Assembly (NCBI GenBank): GCA_900088475.1
Contig: FLMG01001958.1
Location: 1-53,891, forward strand
Length of the DNA stretch: 53,891 nucleotides
Origin: Hyphochytrium catenoides
Taxonomy: Eukaryota; Protista; Hyphochytriomycota
Direction: 5' to 3'
The position numbers were made by a program, and so were the translations under genes. Positions 22,301-33,900 of the stretch are shown here, piece after piece (the stretch's first letter is position 1; every line of letters starts with the position of its first letter). Under the pieces are notes generated by a model that was given only the letters and a program-made list of their open reading frames with translations, searched no databases and was not told where the DNA came from.

Positions 22301-25300
22301 TGAAGCAAGATCGATTTACATGCAGTCCACAGGGACAGGATTTGAAGCCGAGAACGCCATTCTTCTGGCTCAAGCTGTGTTGCCAGGTGGCGTGACATCG
22401 GAAGAGCAAGAAAGGATTCACAGCGACAGTGAGGTTTTCTATGTCATCGGAAAGACCAAGATATTCTTTCGGACCCATGTACTGGAGGAGCTTGAGCACA
22501 GGAGGCATGAGGTTAGATACGCGTTCATTGCTGCATTACGGTTGTTTGGGCATGGTACTCGACTCATACAAGACAGTAATGCCAGCTCGAAGGCAGTCTT
22601 CAAGCCATGTTCAGAAGTCTCATTTTTGACTTGTAGAGCTTGTTCTGATTTATATCCCCTTAATTTTCTCTAAGATGTCAACGTTCTAAGCCTATATTCC
22701 ACCAGCTTGTGGACAGGAATTCCCGTAGAATCCAGGCTTTCGTTCGCCGAGTAAGCGCGCGGAAACAGTTTTTGCAGTTGAGAGAGATGGTTAGAGTCAC
22801 TCAGGTGATGTTCAAGCTACGCATGAAACGGAAGCAGCGCAGAGCTTTGAGCCATAGCGCGGCCCTGATTCAGGCTACATATAGGGCCTATTGGCATAGA
22901 AGACGGTATCTTAAGCTACGAAGAGCCGTTCTTTGCCTTCAGGCACGTTACCTTCTCCTCCTAAGACGCTGGAGTGAACACCATTCCCAGACAAGTGCCA
23001 TCCTCATACAGTCCATCGTTCGGATGTTCTTAGCCCAGCGGGCAGCCGCCCGCTTGCGCCAGCAAAGAGCGTTCAATGTTGCTCGCACAAGGCTGCTCAC
23101 GGTGAAGAAGAATCGTTCTTCCCGTGTCATACAAAGATCATTTCGACGATATAGCTCAAGAAGGGCGATGCTTCCTGCCCTCTCCGCACTGGTTTTTCGA
23201 AGAAGGCAGTTCTCAGCCACAAAAATCCAGTACTGGTGGCGTCGCTACCGACAAGACGGTTCAAGAGAAACTCGGACACCAACTAACGTTTACCAATCTC
23301 CCAACGCTGTTGATGTGAGTGGCTCCCCGGATCGCAGTTCCACGAACAGCTTCCATAGTGCCCTATCTGCGTCCCCAGCCAGGACTCTGGGCTCCCCTAA
23401 TGTTATGCCGAAGGCTTCGAAGAAAGAGCCAACGCCATGGCCGACCAGCGTTGAACCAGAGGAAGAGAGTCCAGGGGTTACCCTTCCATCTGACTGGAAG
23501 GCCCTTAACAATGGTTACATGAGGCCCGGTGTGATAAGGAGCAAGACACCTACGTCCTTTGGAAGGGGGCGTGGCAGGAATGTGAAGGAGATGGTGAAGA
23601 ACGCAAAAGTGTTTGCTGTCAAAGACGATCCCATGGATGAGTATTATGCTAAGGACGAAGGTGAGAAAACATTCCCCAGGGCTGATCGGCAATCTGGATT
23701 CTTGACGCCTATATTCTTGAGCCACTGCCTAACCTCCTCTTACATCAACCTCGTTATTTTTTGCGCGTATGACTGATGTGGCCTTCCTTCTCGCCTTGTC
23801 GGTTGAGTCCTTTGGACTCGGGTTTGGCTGCTTTCTTATCTCTCATGGGGTCTGCCTTTTAATCTGCCTTTTAACGATGTTAGTTTGCTTCTTATTGTAC
23901 TCTCTTTTCCTTACTGACGCGCTACCGTACAATATGCAGTTGAGACACAAGCCAGCAAGCGGGATCTTATTCAGCGCCATGAAAAGAAACTGAGCCAGCA
24001 AATGACTGGGCCTGCCTATCAGATCCACAGGATGTTGGCTCGGACACTAAAGGCCACGCTAACAGTTCAAGCCTTCTGGAGAGGATACTTAGTGCGAAGG
24101 GTATACAAGGCACGAAGGGCGGCCATTATCAGAATTCAGGTACGTAGAGTGGCAGTGTCGGGATCTTTTAGAGGGAAAGGAACGTTACGAAGAGAGGAAG
24201 AAAGCCTATCCTTGATGATTTCCCGCTAGCCACGAGTCAAAAGGTCGACTTTTTGGTTCCATAGGGTTTTTCTTAGTGGACTGTCTCGAGACTTATCATT
24301 TCCACTCCCCTGCTTATCTCCACCGTAGTCGTTCGTGAGAATGTATCAGGCAGTGCGACTGGTGGACAGGCTCAGACTGTTTATGGGCCAGCCTGCGAAG
24401 TACAAGAGTATGTCCAATGAAACCCTAAGCATTACAGTGATGTTTGCTCTTTGAACCCTAGTTGCATGGCCGTAGCTCAACTGAACTAGATGCTGTTCTA
24501 ACCTTTGATCTACCCTGGCTGCACCATCCTGCCCTGACTCAAATTGCGAACAGATTTTGCTCGTATCCGTCTCCCTAGCAATGGCAAGATTAAGGAAGCC
24601 AGGGATCGCACAGAGAGCGGACCTAGGACCTCAGGTGGGAAAAGAGATGGACCAAGAACTAGCGGACCGAGGGTTAGAACCGGTAAGAGCGCTTGCCTTT
24701 TCTGTCGGGCACCTCCCGTTATTGCGCCGTGCCTTGAGAGGATAGTTGTGGTGTTATCGCAGCAGCGTCTTGTACTAAAATCTGACTCTTTGGCGTTGTA
24801 CATGTTTATAGACCCTAAGCTTCATGCCTCCAATTCTATTTCCTACAGCGCAAGCTTCGGCCTACTCCTTCCCAGATGAAGCGAGAACTGCAACCAGAAC
24901 CACTAGCGGCAAGCTCTCTCTTTCTCCCACAGCCAGCGCCGCCCTCCTTTCAACTTTTGCTCGCAGCACTCGGGGAACAGCGGCAACATCTTCGACAAGC
25001 GCGCTTTCTCCCTCCTCACAACAGAATTCCTCCCCTTCTTACCCCGATGTCAACAACGTGACACCTCCATATCCTGAACCTCAGCCCGGTTATACTGAGA
25101 GAGAAACAGAGTTTGTCTTGACTGCGGATGGACCCGTCAACATGAAGTATCAGAACCAGTTGCAGAATGAGATTCAGGACCAGATGACTGAGAGGGAGAC
25201 AGAATTCGACCTTACCGCTTTCGGTCCTGTCAAGGTCGTCATCACTATTCAGTCTTCTTCTTTGAGCAGCTTTTGTAGCATTCAGTGCTCTGCGCCTAAT

Positions 25301-27736
25301 CTCCCATCTCCCCAAACTTCTCCGTAGCTTATGGTTCTCTCTCATAATTTATCCGTAGAAGGTTCTTCTCGATTGCACTCGCCCTTGTCTCGTGTACGCC
25401 TAACAGCAGCTTCCTTCGTTTCAGGTTGAAAAATCACCTCGAACTGCCGCCAGCCCGCGCACTCAGGCGAAAACCGACAATATGATTAGGGAGGTAGACA
25501 TTGACAGCCACGTGAGTAACTTTGTGGTCCTTGGAGGAAGTAGCAAGGGAGTCTATGAAGGTAAGGGTGTCGATTTGTTAGATCCATGATAAGAGACGAT
25601 AGCTGGTAAGTTCCTGATGTTCTAATTTTACAGATATGAAGATGGATCCGCTACTGGCGCGTGCAGCTTTAGATACTGCGGCGTATGCGGCGGCTAAAGG
25701 CGGTGAAGGTTCCTCAGGTGGAAAGAAGAGTAAAGGCTGGCCACATACGCCATCTGAGCACAGAGGTGAGATAGAAAGTGCTAAGTGAATGACTTAACTG
25801 TGCTGAACTTTTGTGTTTACCTCTGTCAGGGACAAAGCATATGCGCTCGTTTGGCAGTACCGAGAGTGCGGGAAGCTCCTCCGGGTCACCTCGAGTGACC
25901 GGCTATGGCAGAAGTGAGACTGCAAGGACAGATCTTCTAAGGATACATTTTGAACAGGTCAGCTCCTAGCCTGCTTCCTGGTTCTCATTTAATAGCTTTC
26001 CATATTGCGGCTATCCGTGAAGTTCTATCGTAATCCCGAGCTTTGTCAAGCTGGCGGCTGACCTACTTTTGCTCTTCCCATTGCAGGGCGCAGACACTGC
26101 CTCTACAGTCCTTCGGGTCTCTGACAAGATGGACACTGTAACTGTGAGAGACATGGTAGCTAGGAAGAAGGGACTGTCGGATGAGGAGGCGAGCTACTTC
26201 AGCATCGTGCTCCTGATTACTGATGAGAAAGGTGAGACGCAGGGACATTACTTACACCAACCTTCTGCTTCCTAATGTCGTGCGCTCACTATTCTCTGGT
26301 CTAATCTTACCCATGCCTTCTTCAACGCCGCCTCCATATTAGGATCAGCTTAGCCAATGTTTCTCTTTGTCGCTCAATGCATGTGCCATCTTCACCATAG
26401 ACCCATATCTGACGTATTGCACCTTCCTCACCTCTGATACCAGGCACGATTATCGCTGTGAGGACCCTTCAGGACGATGAGCGGCCCCTGGAAGTGGCAG
26501 AAGAATATACGGAAAGCGTTGATATTGATGGCGATTCTGAGAAGAGAAAGAGTTCCAGAAAGAGTGGGAAGCCAGCTAGGATGAGAGTCAAGTTTATTTA
26601 TAAGGTAGAAGCCTTCTCTTTCACTAGTTCTGAGGCGCAAGCTTTTCGTTCTAGAAAGCCTTTAAAATTATGAGACGCCGATTCTTATTGTTCTTCCCGT
26701 TACCCTGGTCTGGTCGTTGACACGTCGTTCTGACTTTGTGAATTGCTCTAGGATGCCCGATCGGCACCTATTGCAGTTGCGAATATGAAGATTAACAAGC
26801 TTGCCAAGTCTGACGAGCCGGACTACTTTAGCCTGACACAGAAGCTTGGCAAGGTCAAACCCTAGCTCCTTCCTCCAAGCAAGCTCTCATACGCACATTA
26901 TTTGGTTTCCTGTTCCTTTCCGATGGTGATGGAATCAGCTGCGTCCTTTGGGATTTCCTGGCTACTCAATAAGGAATCCGAGTACCTCACAGTCTCTTGC
27001 TCTAGGGTGATAAATGTGGTTATTTAAGTAAAGTTAGTCAGAAGGAAAGGAATGTCATGCGACGGCGGTGGTTTGTCCTTAAGGTACGCGATGCCCGCCG
27101 TTGAATGCACTGCTCCTTTGACCCTTGTGAAGCCCGTGCCTTTACCAGTGCCGCCTCAAGGATTATTGTGTTCACTCTCTCATCACTACCTCTGTTTCCA
27201 GGACGACAAGCTATGGTACTGCAAGAATCATGAGAATACGCGTGATCTGAAGTTCATTAACCTCGTCGCGACAGAAATTCGTGAGAGGAGCACCTCGGTA
27301 ATTCAGCTTCCCCGATAGCTCGGCCATAGTCGCCCGTCACTCAATGCTTCTTGGCTGTCTTCTATGCAGGGTATGGCCTACAGTTTCGAAATTATCACCA
27401 GCGAACGTGCCTTCAAGGTAACGATAGTGGCCAACTTTTTTGACCAGAGTGAAAGTCGGGGGTGGATGCCTCACCCAGTCGCACAGGTCCTAACCCACTT
27501 CCCCTCTCTTCTCATTGCTCGACTCTGCTGTCCCCGGTCTCCCCTTTTCGTCCTGCTCTTTCTGTTGGTTTGTTGTTTTGTTTCCCTCTGCGCAGCTTGT
27601 GGCCAGCAGCCGATCCGAGATGCACCAATGGATGGAGGCAATCAGGAAGGCGAAAATTTTTGCGGACGAGAATGACTCAATGATCAGGGCGGACAAAAGC
27701 ATCAGGAAGCAAGTCAGGAAATTCTTTAGGCCATAG
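19358..27736 (+). CDS. Unconventional myosin heavy chain (SH3-like N-terminus, motor, ~9 IQ, low-complexity tail, C-terminal RA-PH), ~1780-1790 aa, 21 exons
   Basis: Exons 19358-19559, 19653-19796, 19883-19973, 20163-21856, 22048-22167, 22300-22511, 22706-23660, 23940-24139, 24329-24407, 24554-24682, 24876 (or 24849)-25234, 25425-25560, 25634-25765, 25830-25957, 26087-26231, 26444-26604, 26752-26853, 27006-27083, 27202-27297, 27370-27417, 27596-27736 form one open frame. Motifs: VWVPD, LHEPALL, SVNPY, GDSGAGKTE, NDNSSRF, LDIFGFE, NEKLQQ, YVRCLKPN, GKTKIFFR. The myosin call is secure; the tail fusion is inferred from splice phases. Confidence 0.9.
25094..25231 (+). repeat. Two copies of the coding motif TERETEFxLTAxGPV, 93 nt apart, in the myosin tail
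   Basis: Copies at 25094-25138 and 25187-25231; 13/15 aa identical. Confidence 0.9.
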
Positions 27737-27911
27737 TCAGTGGACGAAGGGCAACAATATTAGAGGGGCCGAAAAAAAATGTTTTGTTAGAGGCGAGAAT
27801 TAACTTATGGGATAGCTCAATAATAATTTATTACTTTCCATTTGAACCTAGTCATCCCTGTCTGATCTCTGACCGACGCCCTTCCTCAAGTCGCGCTTCT
27901 CTTGGCTACGC

Positions 27912-30900
27912 TTACTCCTCGTCTTCTTCTTCTCCCGACTCTTCGTCTGTTTGTTCGTATTCAAAGCTCTCATCTTCGTCGGTTTCCTCTTCATCTGGAT
28001 CCTTGCTCTCCTCCTCATCTTCGTCTCCGCCAGAATCCTCATCACTGCACTCACCAACCACCAGTCCTGGGCGGTCGAATGCAAGATGCGTCCCATACCT
28101 GGACCGAATGTACCTGTTGCACACGAAAAGCGGGGTTCCTATGAGCAGAGAACAAGTGGTGAAAGTGTTCAACTTTGCAATTGACTGCAGGTCTAAGTGA
28201 GAGCGAAGAGGTAGACGTGTAAGAATAAATAGAGATGTCCGTCGAAAGCAAAGGCACGAAGTGTAAAGCACCCAAGAGAGCCAAGACAGAGGGCAGAACA
28301 AGGGTAACAACGAACCCAGGAAGTAGTAGGAGGAGGGCGTACTCTATGTAATCCATCCCATCTACTCCATCCCAAGGGCGTCTATACCGCTTGAGATAAG
28401 CCGTCTCTCGGTGTTTGTGGAGAATCTGTAATCACAAGCACCACGCAGAGGCTCAGTCGGGCTTACATTAGCAGTAGGAGTAGTAGAGTCGAGGTGAATG
28501 ACGGGAAGAGACGGGTAAGCGTGGTTGACTTTGTCACGGCTCGAACGGAAGAAACATTTCATCCAGCTATAACAAACCAGCTGTTGGGAAGCCTGTATGG
28601 ATTTCAGTGAAGAACTAATAGACCTTTTCTTTAACAGCTTCTTCAGTGATCTCGCTGTACTTATCTACGATCATCTGCTTCCATTCCCGTTCACTCCAGT
28701 AGCTTTTTTGGAGACATTCGAGGTACGAGAGACGGGACAGAGCACATGCAGCTTTCATCTACACGGAGAGGACCCAGCCATAATGGGAACAGATTGGTGA
28801 GCAACAGGAATGTACATACGGCAGAGAGTCAAAGATCATAGGCATGGAGGTATTAGACTAAATTGATGCAGTAGAAGTATGCAGCGGTAGAGGTAGAATT
28901 GTTCCAGACAAGGGACGTAGCGGGACCACCCAGAGTAGTCAGAACCTGCTTTCCCTCATCTCACCTCTTCCATCTCACTCGGCATCACTCCGGGAGAGTC
29001 CAGCAGATCTCTCAATTTTTTCTTGTCCACTTCCATCTGCGATAGATAGGGTGATGGTAAGGAATGGCCCAGTGACCAACCCCACAGAATAGGTATAAAG
29101 AGAGATGAAGATTCCACAACACAGGGCCGATGTCGTGAGGCACAGTTTAGCGACCCTAGTAAGCACAAGAGCAGGGATGCTCCCTATCTATAATAACTAC
29201 TGACGGGCTCAGAAGGAGGTAGATGCAGAGTAGGAAGCAGGACATACCGCGTTTTGTAGCTGTGGAAGCTCAAGTTTGTGCTCCTCTTTTAACTCCAGAA
29301 CCTCCGACGTCAAGAGGGCCAGCCCTTCCATGGAAAGAGATGAACAGTATTGGAACTTTGAACACGGATCAATACTGGAGATGTCTTGTATACCTTCTTC
29401 TGTTTGAGCAAAGTAGCGCTGCGTCTCTCTCTTCGCTTCCTTCACTGCTTTCTCTGTTTCCTGCTGCTCGTCGAGGTACCGCGAGTGTTCATCGTCCCAG
29501 CAGATGACCTGATGCATCAACGGAGAGAGCGTGCCCAAAAAAGAGTGTTACAGAGTTGGCTATATGAGAACAACAAACCCAAGCATAAGCCCTAGGCAAA
29601 CAAGGGAGAGCATGAGGTCGTCCCGGAGAGCATGTGAGCGACAAGGGATGGCCCTACGACAGGCACCTTCTGCAAAACCCATGCGTTTTTTAATCTGGTG
29701 CGCATAAAGAGAATGCGGTCCTTGGAGGTTCCGACGGTCCGTCGCTCCCAGGGCCCAAGGTACCTATCAAGAGCATCCTCAACTTGCCGCCTAGTGAGAG
29801 GATCAAAGGGTACGACTAAGAAGGCGCCAAGGACTAGTACCAGCACTGTGAGGCCATAAGCTATCTGGCCACGTTGTTTAAAGCGTTAAATCAGGTTTCC
29901 CGAGACATAGAGGAAGACTTCCCACTTCAAATGGAGCTTGTTCGAGTGGTAGGTGAGCTATTACCTATGCGCTGTCTCTCACCTTGTGTACGGAAACTGG
30001 ACCCGTGTTCGTCCTCTAAAGATTCTCTCTCTCAAGTGCTCCAATAGAGGTTTCCTTCCTTTCGGGCGCGGCCCCCACAATGCGCTAGGCAAAATCCCAT
30101 AACAGGAGCACATTTGCCCGCCTACAAGCGAAAAAAGTTGGAAAGACGAGGGGTCGAGCCGCCATAACACAATATTAACCATACATCCTAGGCTATCATT
30201 TCCAATGGAGAGGCAAGAGACAGTGGTGCAAGAAGGTCCTCTCAATAGAAACAATTTCCCCATACCTGGGCCCCATGGCCTTTGCACATCGTCATTTAGC
30301 TCTGCCTCAGTAATCCATCTTGAGTATCGCGCGAGCTTGATGAGATCGTACAGACTCTGTAGAACACGCCTGCGGTATTCCTGAGCGCACCGAATGCGAT
30401 CTTCCAAGAAACTATTTATGATGTCTATGCCCCTGGAGATAAATGAAGTCGAAGGAGCACACGGTTAGGTGCGAATAACAGCAGTAAAGCCACTAACATG
30501 AAGAACTGAACTGGGACTGAAGGCCAGCAGTATCTCTTGATTAACAGCATTCGTGCTCCAGTCTCAGAAGCGTGAGGGGCCCTCCTTGAGCAGTCATATC
30601 GGCTTTCAAGCTAAGTGTCTCCCTTCTCACCCATACAACGGCTGCCTGTACCCAGTGGCAGACGACATTTCCAATCTACCCACATTTTCTCCACAATGGG
30701 TCATGTTCCTCTTGCGGAAGCCTGTCTTTGACTCGGCCCGGCTATATCCTTACCTCTGATGATGGTAAAAGAAGTACCCATTTATATATCGGTCGACGGC
30801 ATTATCGAAGGCTACAAGAGTCTCTTTGTCCTGAACAAAAAAGTTGTCTCCACCCTCGAACTCTTCCACCACCAGTAGGTCCTTTGTGGTAGGGGACAGT

Positions 30901-33900
30901 GCCGTCGGTCTATAGGCAATATTTGCAGCCATAAGCAAAGTCTTGATCTCGATAAGACGTTGCTGGCGAGTTTTCAAATATCTTGAGAAGCAGCGGAAGG
31001 ACCGAAAAAGGCGTGAGCCAAACAACCTCAACAGGCAGCAAAAAAAAAGCCGTGAATGGCCACCATGCTACGGCTCCTCCTATCCCCCGTACTGCCCCTG
31101 CTATTGGTCCTTATATATATCACTCAGAAAACGTGAGCCCCTTGCGTAGCAGGGAGCGGAGTTCCATTCTTAGCTTACCTGGCAATTGTTATGATGCCTT
31201 CGTTCATAACTTCTGGCGGAGGATTCCGTAGCGGGTTACCCTCTGTTCTTATGTCATTTGCGTGCTTTTCAAAAAATCAAGGAAGGGCGCATGATTGGGT
31301 CACCAGTAACCACGAGAGAAGAAAGAGAAAATATAGATGAGTGATTATTTGTTCGGGGCCAGCAGGAATCTGTTACAAGGATGGACGATGTCGAAACGTC
31401 TTACCACTAACTTCACTATATCAACAGGCAACTCTTGGATTTTATTTGCCTCCAGCCCCTGCCAGAGAGGACAGGCAAAGAGAAGATATAAGGGACAGCT
31501 GGTAAAAGAAGCCCTAGAAGAGCTCATGAAAGGAGAGACCGTCTGAGTGCTGTCTATCCGCGGCCGTACCAAAACCTCCAAGCTCTGGACGTAACAGACC
31601 ACCCTAGGGAATATTGTAAACTGGTTTCCATTTAGCAGGATGGTACGTAGCCGCGAATCCGATAGGCTAGCTGAAGAGGAGAATGAGCAAGCACCAATGC
31701 AGTACATACGAAAGCTAGGATCGAGTCGGAGGGGACCGGTAGAAGACATCTCTTGGAGAAGATGAGCACTCAGCTGAGCAATAGTGAGAGGTGAAAGTTG
31801 AAAAACGCTAGTCAGTGAGTCAACACAGAGCTTCAAAGGACCTAACCAAGATGAGAACATAAGACAACCAAAGCAGCTAAACAAATTCTCCTTGCTCCTC
31901 TCTCCTTCCTGCTAAAGTAATCAATAGCCTTACGTGGTAAGGCCATGAGTTTGTTCACGGAGGCATTCAGTGTCCTGAGACTAGGAAAACCTTCAAAAAT
32001 ATCTGGAAGCTCAGTCAGCTGATTATGCGAAATGTCCAGCATCTGCAAGCTCTGCAGACAAGAAGGCCACGATCAATAATCTGACTCAATCTAGATTTCT
32101 CTGTTTCCCCTTATTTACGCTCATTGGATGGGGCAGCTCAGAGAGGGACGCTCATTAGAACGGTTCCATCATGTTTCCTTTCCCGCCCGCCCTCCTCCAA
32201 CCGCAAATTCATCTATCATATATCTTGGTATAACCCACCTCTAAGCCTTGAAGCGACTCAGGCAATGTTTGGAGATGATTGTGTCGGAGGTGTAACTCAG
32301 TAAGACGCGCTAGTCGGCCCATTTCGGCTGGTAGTCCCGTAAGAAAGTTCTTCCCAAGCTTCAAGGTCTAGTATGCGATAGTCCCACAAACACAAGACGG
32401 TGAGTACACCTCAAGAACGAAGAGCAAGAGAAAGGATTAAGACACTGCAGTCCGTTATATCGGCGAAACAGATAGGGAGAAAGAACGAGACGTTCAGGAC
32501 AATAGCGGTTGTAGGTCATCACCAGAACCAAAAGGCCCGTACAGGAAAACAGCTATGATTAGGAAGGTCCACAAGGAAACGTGGAAGCCAAGGCCGAGGG
32601 CCGGAAGGGGAAATCTGGACTACACTTAAATACACAGTGCTTCTTGCCTGAAGTGACTTTGATAGGTAGATGATTGAAGCTGGAATAGAGGTCAGAAAGT
32701 TATCTTCCAGGTCCAGTTCAAGCAGGCGTTTGAAGGTGGACTTGCAGAAGATTTCATTGGGGATAATGCTAGTCTGCAATGAACGCAGGTGCCATGTTAG
32801 CTCAATCTTTTAACGATCTTCAGGAAGGAAAGAGGTAGCGTGACAGAGTAATAGGATACAATAGTGCGGACATTGCCCAGCGCAAGCGGGACCACCACAG
32901 CCCAGAGCCGCTCCTCTAGAGGTCACCAAATGCCCCCATCTTAAGTGGTGAACTCACCTTGTTCATTCTATAATGGAGCACCTCAAGCTTTTTGAGAACT
33001 GTCAGTGCTGAAGGAAATTCCGGAAAGTTGTTTCCGGTGATTCTCATCTCCTATTAAGCGCGGGAGGATAGAAAGCTGTGTAAGAAGAAACTCGGCCACC
33101 AGCGGCAAATAAATACGGGGTGAAGAGGTAGGTTGTTAAGGTTAACCAAGTAGCTGTATAAGGGGTACTTGGGACTCGGAGGAGGAAGGGGAGCCTAGGC
33201 TAAGCAACTGGCGGGAGGTACATGGGGGCCCTTTTCTACGGTGCATCCATGTGAGTCACACTCCGACTTCAAGAACAAGTCGCTCAAGCTTCAACCCAGA
33301 GGAGCAAGATTGTTGGATGAATTCTGTCACGTGGCTACCATATGGCGACTAGGGCTGCACAGCATCTTTACTAGACCCATTGTCACCAAGATTCCGGACA
33401 TCATTGGTCCTGGGCGGTCCCAACCCTTCTAAAGACCATCAAACAGCAGACCACTTCTTACCTTGAGGCCGTCCAGCTCTTCAAGCTGAGCTGGAACCTC
33501 TTGTGGATTGAGGTTGTAGCCATGGATTTCGAGAGTCCGCGATGCCACTGCCTCGTGAATTTTTTCCACTAGTTCCTTGTGTAGGTGCAAATTATCGCTC
33601 TAGAGAGATGACGAGTTATGGATAAGGTGCCCAAGTAGGACAGGCAATGAGATTAGACAAAATAGCGTGAAGTTCATGCATACTGTGCATTTACCAGTAC
33701 TTCCGAAGCAATGCCAATGGCCTTAAGGGCTTTCTGCGGCGGAGGCCCTCGGAGGTTGCTGTCGTTGTAAAGGATCGGTTAAGCAGATGCACAAGGAAGG
33801 AAGAGAAGAGCCTAGCTATGACGACATTCTCAAGGGCAGAGAAGACGGTGCGAAGAGGGAAGTGAAGCAACAGGGAGCGCAGAGAATTAGGCTATTCGTA

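Noticed and set aside
25930-27736. FERM or MyTH4-FERM tail as in myosin VII/X
   Set aside because: Only ~34 aa separate the ubiquitin-like and PH parts (no F2 lobe), the PH is canonical, and no MyTH4 is visible.
27912-30932. Separate gene starting at ATG 30932
   Set aside because: An acceptor before 30981 joins it in phase to the LRR cap motif (IAR|YLKTR), so it is treated as part of the LRR gene.
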